A DNA stretch of 64,000 bases from the human T2T-CHM13v2.0 reference genome, Homo sapiens (GCF_009914755.1 NC_060942.1); one strand, 5' to 3'; counted from the stretch's first letter, positions 23,966 through 38,200 are shown. Numbers and translations are program-made. Notes: generated by a model from the letters alone, not told the origin.

Positions 23966-25612
23966 TTAGAAAAGTACCTCTTTTGATTTTTCCTCTTTGG
24001 TAAATCTTCCAAGTTTTTCAATCATTTCCGCCACAAATATAACATCCATTTTGTCAGAAAAGTTGGCTGCTTCCACAGTGTAAGCCAGTAACTGTAGAGC
24101 TGTTGCCACGGCATTGGTAAGATTGAGGGGCATCTGATTAAACATATAAAGAACTCTAGTGACATCATTTGCATACTGACAGCGAGAATAATCATCATCT
24201 GCCCAAAAGCCGCCTCTATCACATCTGCGCCAAGCTTTTCTCTCATCCTGTGGGTTTCCGGGATATATCCCACCGCCATGGGTGTTCTGCGTACACTGCA
24301 GATACGCAGTAATGCCCGCCAATGTTCTGGGCCATCTGAAATCACCTTTGTTGTTTACCACCCTCTCTGGAGGACAGTACTGTGCAGAACTCTCTAATAC
24401 CACAATATCCACAGTCCTCGTATTATTCCCACGTTTGGTCTGGACATGACAGCCCTAATTTCCAGTAGATCCAGCCTGATTATTAGAAACGGTTAGGGCA
24501 CTTGCAATCAAGGAGCAGTTGTGAATCACGTTCTTTTCAACAAAAATACCTTGCGATTCATCGGTTTCAACTATTCTCCCATCCTGATACCACAACACTT
24601 GCATGTCCTGATCAATATATGAAGCCATGCACTGGAAAGGAAGGCTGTCTCCTTCAAACACAACTTGGCGATGAGATGGAGTCATGTAGAAAGACGGCAA
24701 TTCAAGCGGAGGGTCGCATGTCAACAGCTCCTGCTTCACGCCTGTGACTGGTTGGGCCTGCAGTGACTTAGGATAAACACACCTGGTATCCTGTACCGTG
24801 ATGTTCCTCTCCTTTACCCAGCGATGCATCCACAGTAGGTTACAGTCACACAAAAGATACTCAGTCTGGAATTCCAAAGACCGTAATGAGGAAAGATAAT
24901 CAAAAGTTCCTTGAGGTAATGAAGAAAACAAATTCCCCGAAAGGTTTAGCCGAGCCAGATTGGTGAGTCCTCGAAATATGTTTGCATTCAGACATCCTAT
25001 TCGATTGTTTGTCAGATCCAACCTTTTTAGAGATGACAGTCCCCAAAAGGCACCTGGATCTATACGACTAATAAGATTGTTTCGGAGGTCCAATCTTTCA
25101 AGGAGAGTTAACCCAGAAAATGAGCCATTCTGCAGCTAGGATATCTTATTGTTACTCAGAATCAGGGTGACCGTGCGGTTGGGCAGAGTATCTGGGGGCA
25201 GGACCTGCGCGAGCTCCAGGATGCTGCACACCACCTTGCCCTCGGCGGCGCCCGCCGCCCTGCCAGCCCCTCGGGGCCGCCCATCGTGCTTGCAGCAGGC
25301 GGGCAGTGCCGCGGCGCCGCCGCCGCCGCCTCCCAGCAGCGCGAGCAGCGCTAACAGCGAGAGCGGCAGCAGCAGCGGCGGCTGCGCGCGGCCCCGCCGG
25401 CGTCCGGGCGGCTCCATGCTGCCGGCCGGGGCCTGCTGGGCGAGCGGCGGCGCACTGGCCTAGCGGGCCGCCCCAGAGCCCGGGCGAGCAGGAGCGCGGA
25501 TCGGGCCCAGTGGCGCCCGGAGCCTCATGGCGGCCGGAGGACCGGCCCTCCCCGGCGCCGACGTGCTCCTTTGTCCTCTGCGGCTGCTCTGGGCCTGGAG
25601 GGAGCCAGGGGT
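23966..25612 (-). pseudogene. ADGRA3P1: Processed pseudogene of ADGRA3/GPR125 (5' UTR, signal peptide, LRRs, Ig, hormone-receptor domain)
   Basis: One intronless frame 25417-23966 (MEPPGRRRGRAQPP...EEKSKEVLF*) broken only by TAG at 25138-25136 and 24457-24455. The 3' end was not resolved. The pseudogene symbol is from recall of the human locus. Confidence 0.93.
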
Positions 25613-25959
25613 CCAGTTTTTTTTTTTTTTTTAAATTATAACCAGATGGTAGAAGGAAGAAGACGCATGATAGGGAGGAGAATAAAAACAGGAATATGGA
25701 GAAGGAAGGGGAGACTAGAACACAGTCCCCAAGATAAGACAATACAATGAATAAATAAGAACATTGGCTCTGGGGTCCCTAATCTCTAACTCTTGGTTTC
25801 CTCACCTGAAAAGGGGATGTAGTAATAGTACTAATTTCACAGAGTATTTGAGAAGCTTAAGTTAGCTAATATATAGGAAGCTAGCACCTACTTGGTAAGG
25901 GATTAATAACCGTAAACTATTTCATTGCTATGTTAATTTGGGGGAAATGCCACTCTTGA

Positions 25960-26331
<372 letters not shown>

Positions 26332-27143
26332 CTAAAATTTGGATGCTCAAGGAATTGTTCTTATTTTCATTGTCTATCTTGAGTGCTCTTTGAGATACAG
26401 GTATCAGAGCCCCGACTTAAAATGAGAATAGGTGACCCAGGTTATTTTTTCTTCCCTGTAACTGGGAAGTGAGGGAAGGCGAGGGCATCCTGATGGAGTG
26501 CACAGAGGCAGATGGGGATGCCATGAGGGGTCAGCCTCCTCTCTCCATCCCTGCTTCCCTCTGCACACGTGACCCATTCTTCCCTCTTACACACAGGCTG
26601 TTGCATGTGGCAGCAAACTTGGTCATGGGTGAGCCTGGCTTTCTGGCAGCTGAGGAGAGAGAGCTTCCTACCAGATAGGTGCAGAAACTGGCAGAGGTTC
26701 CATCTTGACCCCATGTAGCTAATTGTGGTGCAGCAATGTTATTAGAGAGGAGGGAAAATGGAAGCCACAGAGGTTGATAGGTAGATAGGGTGGAAGAGGG
26801 AGGGTGAGAGGAGAATGGACAGGCAGAGCTGGATTCATTCGTAAAGGAGCGATGGCTGGTTTACTTATTCAGGAGGAAACATCCTACCTGAAAGGAGCTT
26901 AAAGGCTGGTTTGTCACCCTGGACACACGTGGTAGACACTGGGACCTGCTCTGCAGCTGAATGCAATTTAGTCCAAGGTTTGTTTACCGTGTCTGGACTC
27001 TGCCATCTTCCACTCTGCATTTCAATTCTGTTGACTGGATACTGGATCTGCAAAGGACAGTTTCTGAAAGTGAAGAATCACAGTTCATTATTTCTAACTA
27101 TTTCATCTAAGATTTGAAAGGAAAAAATCCCTTCTATGAATTA

Positions 27144-27467
27144 CAGTTGGCCCTCCGTATCCATGAGTTCTGCACCCACAAATTCAACTGACCTCAGATC
27201 AAAATTATTTGAAAAAGCGTATTTGAAAAAAATACAACAATAAAAACACTACAAATGTAAAAAAAGTACAATATAACAACTATTTACATAACATTTATAT
27301 ATATTACTATGTATTATAATTAATCTACAGATGATTTGAAGTATGCAGGGGATGCTAGGTTATATACAAATTCTACACTGTTTTAGATCAGGGATGTGAA
27401 CACTTGCAGATTTTGGGGTCCACAGGGGTCCTGGAATTAATTCCCTGTGGATACTGAGAGATGACTG
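27144..27467. mobile_element. Tigger3/MER2-group DNA transposon remnant
   Basis: Imperfect terminal inverted repeats cagttggccctccgtatcca ... tggatactgagagatgactg, preceded by TA. Confidence 0.75.
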
Positions 27468-29991
27468 GACATCCATTCTGCATGCTATATATTTTCCTTT
27501 TAATTATTATTGCTGTTTCGGTTTCCCTGAAAAATACAACATGTTTTAAACTTCTCTATATTATAAATCTCATTTAAAAAGTGTTGAATCAATGAAGTCT
27601 GCCAGCTACTTCTTTCCCCTTGTTGGACTGCTTTGGCGAAAGTGAATAGTATTACCTTACCATGTAAAGCATGGTTAATGGCTTTAAAAGAATTCCCTGG
27701 CAACTGAATAATGGGCTGCCAGAAATATTCGTGGTGCCAAAGGATCTGGACATGTCTGTTCCATTTATTGTGTGTTTCTTGTTTCATCATGATTAAGTGC
27801 TCACAAAAGGCATAAAAATCCAAACCTCTAGGGTATGTGGAGTTTGAGGGCAGAAACCATATTTTAATATATCTAGTCTCATACCTAGCATGTTAAGATG
27901 GTTAGGAAAGTATCAATGGCAAAAAATGATGAGCCTGTGGTATGTCAGACACTGAAATTATTAAGTTGATTTCTGGTGAATAGAAAGAAGTCGTTCTGCC
28001 ACTGCTGTTGTGCCTGGTTGAGTGGCCTAATGTTTATTCTCAGGAGTACTGAGTGTCTTGCATTGAAACCTTTTGACTTGTCCTGCCTGTTTAAATAAGT
28101 TTACATTTCACAGAAATAGGAAGGTGGGGCTTATTTTTAAATTAAAACTCCCTGTTAAAAAAGCCTGACAATGTAGTATAGCAAAATCATTTAAATTAAA
28201 AAATTTACCTGAATAATAAATGGAACCTATTAAGAAAAAAATTGAACCTATTAAAAACAAAAAATAGGAATAATACTGAAAATATCTTAGAAAACAATGG
28301 AAATGCAGAAAAATGTAAAAGGTGCTTTGTTTCTTCCATGAAGCAAGAGAAGTCAAGGCGAGCAGCATCTCAACCTCCTCACCGTCCAATCCTTCCCTCT
28401 GGGGACCCTCCACACTTGGCCTGTGCTTGGCCATCTGGTTCTCATTTTGGCAGGAGACTCTCATCTCTCCCACCTTGTAGTCTAGGCAGGCAGTTGTCAT
28501 TGGCCTTGAACACATTGTGGCTTCCGCAGGTTATGTATTCTCTGCCAGTCTCTTAATTGCTAGGATCTCAGGGGCAGAATAATTGTCTGAGAATTACACA
28601 TCGTACACATGTATCAAAATATCACACTGTTCCCATAAATATGTGCAATTATTATGTGTCAATTAAAAATAACAATATTTTTAAAAAGAATTCCTGAAAA
28701 AGGGATTCTTAATTGTTTTGCATGTGACTCACAGGTCAGAAGACATTCACATGGGACCCACTCCCCTGGGCCAGGGGCCAAGAGAAATTCCTGGGCTGGT
28801 TAGCTCAAACTCTGTGTTTTTTTTTTTTACTCCTACTCAGCAAAACACATTGGAATTCAGCCGGAGAAGAGTGACTTCATGTGAGAATATAAGCCTGAAT
28901 CTGCTTTAAATGTGTTTGTGTGTCTAATCCACATCCGAAATTTAGTCCTTTATTATTTATCAAAATTATTTAAAACACTCCATCATGACCAACTAGTATG
29001 AACCCAGGTCCCCTGGCAAAACCCCATGATCATGATCTCCTGGGACTAGTTCAGTCCTTAGAGAAGGCCAGAGAGTTGGCCCTGGGGCCTCCTACTCCTC
29101 TTGAGGAAGCCTAATGTCTAGGAGACACTGGCCATCCGAAGATGAAGCCTTTGAGGCAGAGTTCTCAAGAAATAAACCTAAGCACCGTACGAGTTTAATT
29201 TGACTTTAGGAAAAGAAGCCAGGTAGCTTTTCAGCTGCCTTTTAGCTGGGGACTCAGTGCTGAACCCACCGTTTCCTATTGACAGAAGTAACTCTATCAG
29301 AAAGGCAGTAATTATCAATAACTACCTGCTGTGATTATCAAGCAACTAGTGCACAACACAATTTATGAATTTAGGGGTAGATGGGTATTTACCTGCAATA
29401 GTTACTGAAATCAAAATATGTTTACCATTGACTAAGCATCAGGAAAATGTAAACAAATGGCACGGGTTAGCACAAATCCTTACTTTTGGTAAATGCCGAA
29501 TTTTTATTAAAAAGGTTTTCCTAAAATTTAGCACTTTTCCTTATATCAGGTACTCAGAAAATTATTATATGCCTGTGACGTAGGGAAGAAATATTACATA
29601 GAAAAATTGTATAACATCTTTTTTATACCCAGCTGTCCTTCTCTTATGGATTTGGATATACTGTTCTTGATATCAGTTGGAACAGCATTTTTGTGTTCTT
29701 CTGATTTAACATGTTTAGCTTAAAAAAAAAGGAAATGTGAATTCTGTGGTCAACACTGGTAAGATAAAGGCATGGTGGGTGATGTGTTGGAACTTCAGTG
29801 TCACCTGGCTTTCCAGATTGCTCCACAAAATTACAAGTTGAATTTTAGAACGTACAGCTGTTTGATTATGTTTAACAGGAGAGTTCCACCATATTTTGCT
29901 GAGCAGGACACACTTAGATTTTTAGAGAATTATTGGCGTGGCCTAATGCTTTACCAGAGGGGTTGGCATGGAGAGTTCTGTCACATGCAGA

Positions 29992-30315
29992 TTTTGTTGT
30001 TGTTGTTGTTGTTTTGTTTTGTTTTGTTTTTTCAAGATGGAGTTTTGCTCTTGTCGCCCAGGCTGGAGTGCAATGGCGCGATCTTGACTCACTGCAACCT
30101 CTGCCTCCGTGTTCAAGTGATTCTCCTGCCTCAGTCTTCTGAGTAGCTGGGATTACAGGTGCCCACCACCATGCCCGGCTAATTTTTGTATTTTTAGTTG
30201 AGAAAGGGTTTCGCCATGTTGGCCAGGCTGGTCTCGAACTCCTGACCTCAGGTGATCTGCCTGCCTTGGCCTCCCGGAGTGCTGGGATTACAGACGTTAG
30301 CCATTGCGGCTGGCC
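29992..30315 (-). mobile_element. AluS
   Basis: Alu dimer with (ttg)n/(ttttg)n tail. Confidence 0.95.
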
Positions 30316-30559
30316 ACATTGCAGGTTATATGCACTTAAATCCCTATGTGGACTCGACTTCTGTATATGCGGACTTTTTATTAAATTTTCTGTACTCTAC
30401 AAAGGCCATCTGGGACTGGAGGTGGGGAGTAATGCATTTGAAGAAAAACCAGTCATCCTACCTAAACATAAAACCAAATATCTAGCGTGTGTGGAAAAGC
30501 CGAACAAAACTATCTGAGTCCTTGATGTGCCCTGATTATGTCTCTCCCTTCCATTACAG

Positions 30560-30602
30560 GCTCAACATGGGAAAAGACATTCCGGCAGATCGGCTTTGAA
30601 AG
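30560..30602 (+). other. Candidate 43-bp internal exon (possibly of a non-coding transcript)
   Basis: Acceptor tctctcccttccattacag| and donor aag|gtaagc. No parent gene recognised. Confidence 0.35.
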
Positions 30603-31060
30603 GTAAGCAAGGGTTGGCATGTCTCCATTTTAGTTACTCTTGTCTTTTAAGTAATTTCTTCTAAGTAATTTATTGATTATAAATCAATAGTCCTGTCACC
30701 ACCCTTTTGGTAACTGTATGACCTTGATCAAGTCATCATTTTGCCCCTCCGAGCCTCAGTTTCTTTGTAGAGCATTACTTCATAAAGCCTTGCCTGCACA
30801 CAGAGTGGAAATAAAGATGGAATGGGGCAATTGATGTGAAAACACCTCTTGAACTGTAAAACAGTACACAAAGTAAGTTACAGAATTAGAGAATCCCAGG
30901 AAATGGTTGACTCTCCCCTAGCTTCATCACCTCCTATGTCATAATCAATTCTACAGTTTTAGTACAGAAAAGTTTATATTTGTATTGATGTCTTCCCAAT
31001 TATTAAAATTGTTAGATCTTTTTAGCTTTAAGTGAAAATCTAAGATGATGTTTTTCTTAG

Positions 31061-31597
<537 letters not shown>

Positions 31598-32259
31598 TAG
31601 CATCTTATCTCAAACTTTCAATGGAAATAAGGCTATTGAAAGAAAAAAAGTCATTTTAATTTTATTTTACTCTCACAGTAGGTTTTGACTAGTTCTTTTT
31701 ATCATAGTGAAAATGTGTTTTTCTCTGTATTGATCAAGCTGACAGAGCACTTAAAGGATATAAAGGAAATAATAAAATACTTGAAAATGCATTATTTCTA
31801 TTGTAGCAATAGAGAATAGCACATCACCAGACCCACTGTGGTAGCACTTTCTTTGCCATTTGTTACATGATTCAAGGATGATTTATTCCTCTACCTACAC
31901 TTCCAGTCACATCAGCACCATCGCTGTTTGCTGTCTCAGTAAGTGCTCATCATTCTTAAGGTATTGCGGGAAGTTGATTTGGGATGGTCAAATCCCACAG
32001 GCCAACTTAAAGAATGGAAAGTCATGCACAGCTTCAGTTCCGTGTGAAATCTTTTTCTAAAGCATCTTTCCCTTGATCCTTCTTTCATATTATCAAACAT
32101 CTCAAACATACACAAAAATAGAGATAATAGCAGAAAAAGGTCACTCATCCACTCCCCAGCTCCAATAAATCTTTGCCACACTTACTTTATGTATTTATTT
32201 TGGCTGAAACATTTTAAAGAAGATCTCAGATACTATGTCATTTCATCCCTACGTAGGTC

Positions 32260-32396
32260 AGCTTCATCACCTCATATGTCATAATCAATTCTACAGTTTT
32301 AGTTCAGCCATTTCTGGGGTTAAACAGATTTCAGCTAAATTTCAACAGAAGATCATCTTAATATTGGCAAAGTAAAATGTCACTATTGGTTAATTG
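32260..32396 (+). repeat. Two short templated copies (of 30920-30963 and 19785-19876) at a duplication junction
   Basis: agcttcatcacctc(c/a)tatgtcataatcaattctacagttttagt and cagccatttctggggttaaacag...cactattggttaattg each recur with about one mismatch. Confidence 0.92.
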
Positions 32397-34070
32397 GGGG
32401 CCCTATCTGGGGCTGCACTTCCCTCGGCGGGGAGCGGGTTGGGGGCACTATCCCAGACTGTATTGCCGGCAGCAGTGAGGAGGGTTAAGGGTACTATCCA
32501 GGGCTGCACTGCCCACGGGGGCGGGTGGGATGTTTCGGGTTGAGGGCGCTATGGGGTGCGGGGAGGGGGACGGTTTGGTGTGTGCTTTAGCTAGGATTTT
32601 GCTTCAGCTAGGATTTCCAGTACTATGTTAAGTAACAGTGGTGACAGTGGGCATCCTTATCATGTTCCAGATCTTAGAGGAAGAGCTTTCCATATATCCC
32701 CATCCCATGTGATTCTAGCTGTGGGTCTCTCTCGTGTGGTTTTTATTATGGTGAGGTATGTTTCTTCTGTATCCAGATTTTTGATGATTTATTTATAGCA
32801 TGAAGGGATGCTGAATTTCATCAGATGCTTTTTCAGTTTCAATTGACACGATTGTACTGTTTTTGTCCTTTATTCGGTTGATATGGTGTATCCCTCTGAT
32901 TTTGTGTTGAATGGCCCTTGCATCTCAGGGATACATCCCACTTGGTCATGATGAATTATCTTTTTAATGTATTGTTGAATTTGATTTGCTGGCATTTTGT
33001 TGAGGATTTTTGTATCAATATTAGAGATACTGGCCTGTAGTTTCCTTGTTTGATGTCTTTGTCTGATTTTGGTATTATGGTAATAATGGCCTCATAGAAT
33101 AAGTTTGGAAGTATTCCCTCCTGTTTTTCAAAATAGTTTTGAGTAGTATTGGTACTAGGTCTGCCCTCCTGTTTTTCAAAATAGCTTTGAGTAGGATCGG
33201 TACTAGGTCTGTGAATGTGTGGTGTGAAGCCATCAGCAGTGAAGCCATCGGTTCCTGGGCTTTTCTTTACTGGGAGACTTTTTCTGATGGCTTCAATCTC
33301 ATTATTTGTTACCGATCTGTTCAGGTCTTCGATGTTTTCATGGTTCAACCTAGGTAGATTGTATGCGTCTAGGAATTTGTCAGTTTCTACTAGGCTTTTT
33401 AATTAATTGGCCTATTAAATAGCCAGTTATGATCCTTTGCATTTCTGAAGCATCAGTTGTAATGTCTCCTTTTTTTATCTCTTGATTTTATTTATTTGAA
33501 TCTTCTCTTTTTCTTAGTTAGCCTGACTAAAAGTTTGTCAATTTTGTTTAACTTTCCAGAAAGCCAACTTTTTGTTTAGTCTTGTGTTTTTTTATTTCAA
33601 TTTTATTTTTGCTACAATCTTTATTATTTATGTTGGGTTTAGTTTGTTCTTTACTAGTTGTTTAAGGTGTATTGTTTATTTGAAGTTTTTCTTCTGTTTG
33701 GATGGTAGGCACTTATAGCTATACATTTCTGCCTTTCTACTGCTTTTTGTGTGTCATAAGTTTTGGTATATTGTGTTTTCATTACCATTTGTTTCAAGAA
33801 ATTTTTCAATTGCCATCTTAGTATCTTCATTGACCCACTAGTCATTCATTCACGAATGGATTGTTTAACTTCCATGTGATTGTATGGTTTCCAAAATCAC
33901 TCTCTTACTTATATCTAGTTTTATTCCTTTGTAGTCAAAGAAGATGGCCATGGAGACAGCAGCGTGGTTGAAGTGGTAGGAGGCGGCCGTCAGCAAGAGC
34001 TGCTCTGTGCCTGGCAGCTGGAGGCTAGAGCCTGTGGCGCAGCGGCTCGCCTCACTGTGGTTGGTGGTGG
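32393..34070 (-). repeat. Inverted paralogue of 6557-8210 (REP522-like flanks + L1 ORF2 fragment at ~32605-33945)
   Basis: Both L1/REP522 junctions are shared, as is the private L1 motif gatggcttcactgctgatggcttcacaccacacattcacagacc. This copy has an extra 48-bp tandem duplication at 33116-33211. Confidence 0.92.
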
Positions 34071-35220
34071 CGGCGACAGAGACTGCAGCACTACCAGAGT
34101 GGTACGACAGGGGCTATCTGGGGCTGGACTTCTCACAGTGGGGGGTGCGTTGGGGGTACTCTCAGAGGTGTCACTGCCTGCGTTGGGTGTACCTGTTGGT
34201 AGCACTATATGGGGCTGTGCTGCCCATGGCGGGGAGTGGGTTATGGGTGCTCTCTGGGGCTGCAGTGCCCGTGGAGGAGGACAGGTTAGGGGCACTAATC
34301 AGGTACTATGCTGCTGGCGGCTTTGTTGGGGGTGGAAGTGGGGGGCGCTATTGAGGCAGGACTAGCCATGGAGGGGGGCTAGTTGGGTGCTGTTGGGGGC
34401 TGCACTGCTGGCGGTGGTTGGTAGAGGTGGCAGCGACAGTGGTGGCATCCAAGGAAGGAGCAATTCTCCTCTCCCTGGACTCCACACTCCAGAGGGCGAC
34501 CTCCTGTTGCTCATACTGGAGTGTGGCAGGTGCACAGTGTTTCCGTGGGAATCCTAAGCATGGCAGAGCCCACACCTGCCATGGTTACTGGGCCTGTGCA
34601 TTCTGGGTCTGTGCCACAGAGCCTGCCTGGCACCTCTGGGTATGGAGTAGTGGACACCACAGGGAACAGGGCCCTGTGCGTGGAGGCGTCCAGAATGGGA
34701 ATTGGCACCTGGATGCAGAGGGTTGGCTTGATCTCTGAGTTTCTGCTGCTCCTGCTCAACAAGGAGTGCAGCCCCGGTGGGCCCAGCGGCTCCTGTGGAG
34801 TGGGGAGCTGGGATCTGTGGTGTCTCCAGCACCCACCTTAGGCCCCAGTTCCTGGCTAGCTTGGGCCAAAAGGAGAGGCTGGACTTTGGAGGCTGGGTGT
34901 GAGTGCCTTTGCTGAAACTGGCCTCTGCCACCCAGTGGCTCACATGACAAGGTGAGGCTCTGACGCTACCACCCTTTGCATCTTCCTCTAGGCTCTTCTG
35001 GCTTTGTCTGCCCAGCTGCTCCATGCCAGGAGGAGGAGGAGACACCTGCCATACACTGAAGGTTGCAACACTGCAGCTCGCCTCACTGAAGCATGCCAGA
35101 GAGGTAGGAGGGTGGCAACACTAGGAAGGCAGGTGGCAGCAGCCAGGGTGGGGGCAGGCCTATGGCAGTGGTGGAGCTGCGGCAGTGGCCAGGTGGCAGG
35201 AGCCTTGTAGGGAGGGCCGG
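34071..35220. repeat. REP522-like repeat with an embedded unidentified GC-rich segment (~34440-35045)
   Basis: Same tandem units as 9135-10380. 34395-34585 is a direct paralogue of 10365-10560. Confidence 0.65.
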
Positions 35221-35224
35221 TGCA

Positions 35225-38200
35225 TTGGCATTCAGCCTGGCCCCGCCCTGTCCTGGACTGCCCTACTGTTACCTGGCTGTCTTGGCCCTGCCCTACCCTG
35301 CCCTGGCCCCACCCTGGCCCTGTCTTAGCCCTGTGTTATTGTGTCCCTGCCCTGGCCCTGCCCTTGCACTGGCCCTTCCCTGGCTCAGGCTGTGGCCCTG
35401 CGTCTGCCCTGGACCTTCCCTGAATCTGTGCTGGCCCAGCCTTGGCTCTGATCTGCTCCTTGTGCTGACCCTGGGCCTGCCATGGCCCTGGCCCTGCCAA
35501 AGGTCATGGTCCTGGTCCTGTTCTGGCCCTGACCTGGACTTGGACATGTCCTGGCCCTGATTTGTCCCAGCCCTGCCTTGGCCCGTCCCTGCCCTGGCCC
35601 CACCATGTCCCTGCCTGTTCTGCCCTCTGCCGGCAATGACCTCGCCCTGCCATGGCCCAGTTGTGCCATTGCCCTGCCTTACCCTGCCCTGGTTGTCCCC
35701 TGGCCCCTCCTGGCACTGGCCGCTCCATGGGCCTGCCCTGACTCTGCCGTGGCTTTTGCCCGGCCCTCACTATGGCCTGGTTCTGGCCCTGTCCTGGCCC
35801 CGCCCAGGCCCTGGCCCTGACCCTGGTCCTTCCATATCCCTGGCCCTGACCGTTATCCAGGCCCTGTCCCTGCTGCTGCCATATCCCTGGCCTGGGACCT
35901 GGCCCTGCCAGGGACGTGCCCTGACTCTGCCATGGCTCTGGCCCTACTCCGCCTTAGTCCTGGTCCCGACCTAGACCCTTTCCTGGCTCTGCCCTGGCCA
36001 TGGTCGAAATGTCCTGGTCCTGAGCTGGCACTGGTCGGTCCCTGGTCTTGGCACCACACGCTCTGCCGTGCTCTGGCTGTGTCATCACCCTGCCCTGGAC
36101 CTGCCCTTGTCCTACTCTGGTTTGACCCTGCCATGGACCTACCTTGGCCCTCACGCTAGCCTTGGCTAGGCCGTGCTCTGGACCTGGCCGTAGCCCAGAC
36201 CTGGTTCTGGCCCTGGCCCTTGCCCTGGCCTTTGTCCTGCCATAGCCCTGGCCCTGGCCCTGAACTGGACTTGGAGATGTCCTGGCCCTGAAGTGACCTG
36301 GCCCTGCCTTGGCCTATCCCTGCCCTGCCCCTACCATCACCTTGCCCTGTTCTGCCCTGTCCCGGCAGTGACCCAGCCTTGCCATTGCCCTGCCCTACCC
36401 TGACTTGGCTGTTCCCTGGCTTGGCTCTGGACCTGGCTGTGCCCTGGACATCCTCGGACACTGCCTCAGCCCTGGCACTAGCCTGGCCCTGCCTTGGCAT
36501 CATGGGCCCTGCCCTGTCTATGGACCAGCTCTGGTCCTGTCCTGCACTGGCCATACCACGCCCTTCCCTGCCCTGACTCAGCCCTGGCCTTGGCCTTACC
36601 CCTGGTCCTGCCATATTTCTCATCCTGTCCCTACCCTGGCCTTGGCCCTGACCCTTACCCTGCTCTGGCCCTGCCCTTGTTCTGGCCCTACCCTTGCCCT
36701 ACCCCAGACCCTGCTCCTGTCCTGGCCCTGGCCCTTCCCTGCTTGAAACCTTACCCTGGTTCTGCCCTGGCCCTGACCCTGAAATGCCTGGCCCCACCCT
36801 GGCCTTGCACTGCTTGGCCCTTCCCCTGATTCTGGCCCTGTCACCGTCCTAGCCCCAGCCCTGTCACTGGTCTTGCCGTGGCCCAGACCCTTCCTTGGCC
36901 CTGCCCTGCCCCTGTTCTGGACCCTGGTTGTACCATGAACCTGCACTGTCCTTGCCCGTGTTTTGCTCCTGCCCCAAACCTGGTCCTGCCCCTGCCATGG
37001 TGATGGTCCTGGCTCTGCCCTGGCCATTCCCTGGCCCTGCCCCGGTATTGGCAATGTCCTGGCCCTGCCCTGGCTCCTAACTGCCCTGGCCTTTTCTTGG
37101 CCCTGTGCTACCTTGGCTCTGCCATGCCGTGGCCCTGCCTCTGCCTTGGCTCTGCTCTGGGCAAGGCCTTGGCCTTCAGCCTGGCCCTGCCCTGGACCTG
37201 CCCTACCATTACCTGGCCTGTCCCGGTCCTGCCCTGCCCTGGCCAGGACCTTCCCTGAACCTGCACTGGCCCTGCCTTGGCTCTGGCCCTGTCTCTTGTC
37301 GTGACCCTGGTCCTGCCAATGGTCATGGTCCTGGTCCTGTTCTGGCCCTGAGCTGGCCTTGGACATGTCCTCGCCCTGATTTGTCCTGGCCCTGCTTTGG
37401 CTCTTTCCTGCCCTGGCCACACCATGGCCCTGCCTGTTCTGTCCTCTCCTGGCGCTGACCTCACCCTGCCATGGCCCATTGGTACTGTTGCCCTGCCTTA
37501 CCCTGCCCTGGTTGTGCCCTGGCCCTGCCTGGCGCTGGCCCCTCCCTGGACCTGCCCTGACCCTGCCTTGGCTTTTGCCCTGCCCTCACTATGGCCTGGT
37601 TCTGGCCCTGTCAAGTACCTGCCCTGACTCTGCCATGGCCCTGGCCCTGGCCCTGCTCTGCTGTGGTTCTGGCCCTGACCCAGACCCTTTCTTGGCTCTG
37701 TCCTGGCCCTGGCCTTTTCCTGGCCCTGAGCTGGCACTGGTCGGCCCCTGGTTTTGGCACCACATGCCCTGCCGTGCTCTGGCTGTGTCATCACCCTGCC
37801 CTGGCCCTGTCCTTGCCCTACTCTGGCTTTGACCCTGCCCTGGCCCTACCTTAGCCCTCACCCTAGTCTTGTCTTGGGCCTGGACATAGCACAGACCTGG
37901 CTGTGGCCCTGGCCCTACCATGGCCCTGTCCCAGACCCTGGCCCTGCCAGGTACCTGTCCTGGCCCCGCCCTTGCCCTTCCCCTTTTCCTGGCACTGGCC
38001 TTGGACATGACCGTGGTCCTAACCCTGGCCCTGCCCTGGAGCTGCCACTGTCTTGGCCCTGCCCTGGCCCTACATCTACCCTGCTTCTGGCCCTGGCCCT
38101 GCCCCAGCCATAGACCTGCCCTGGTTGGCCCTGCCCTGCCTTCGCCCTGTGCTACTCTAGGCCTGCTGTACCCTCCTCTGCCCTGAGTTTGGCCCTGCCC

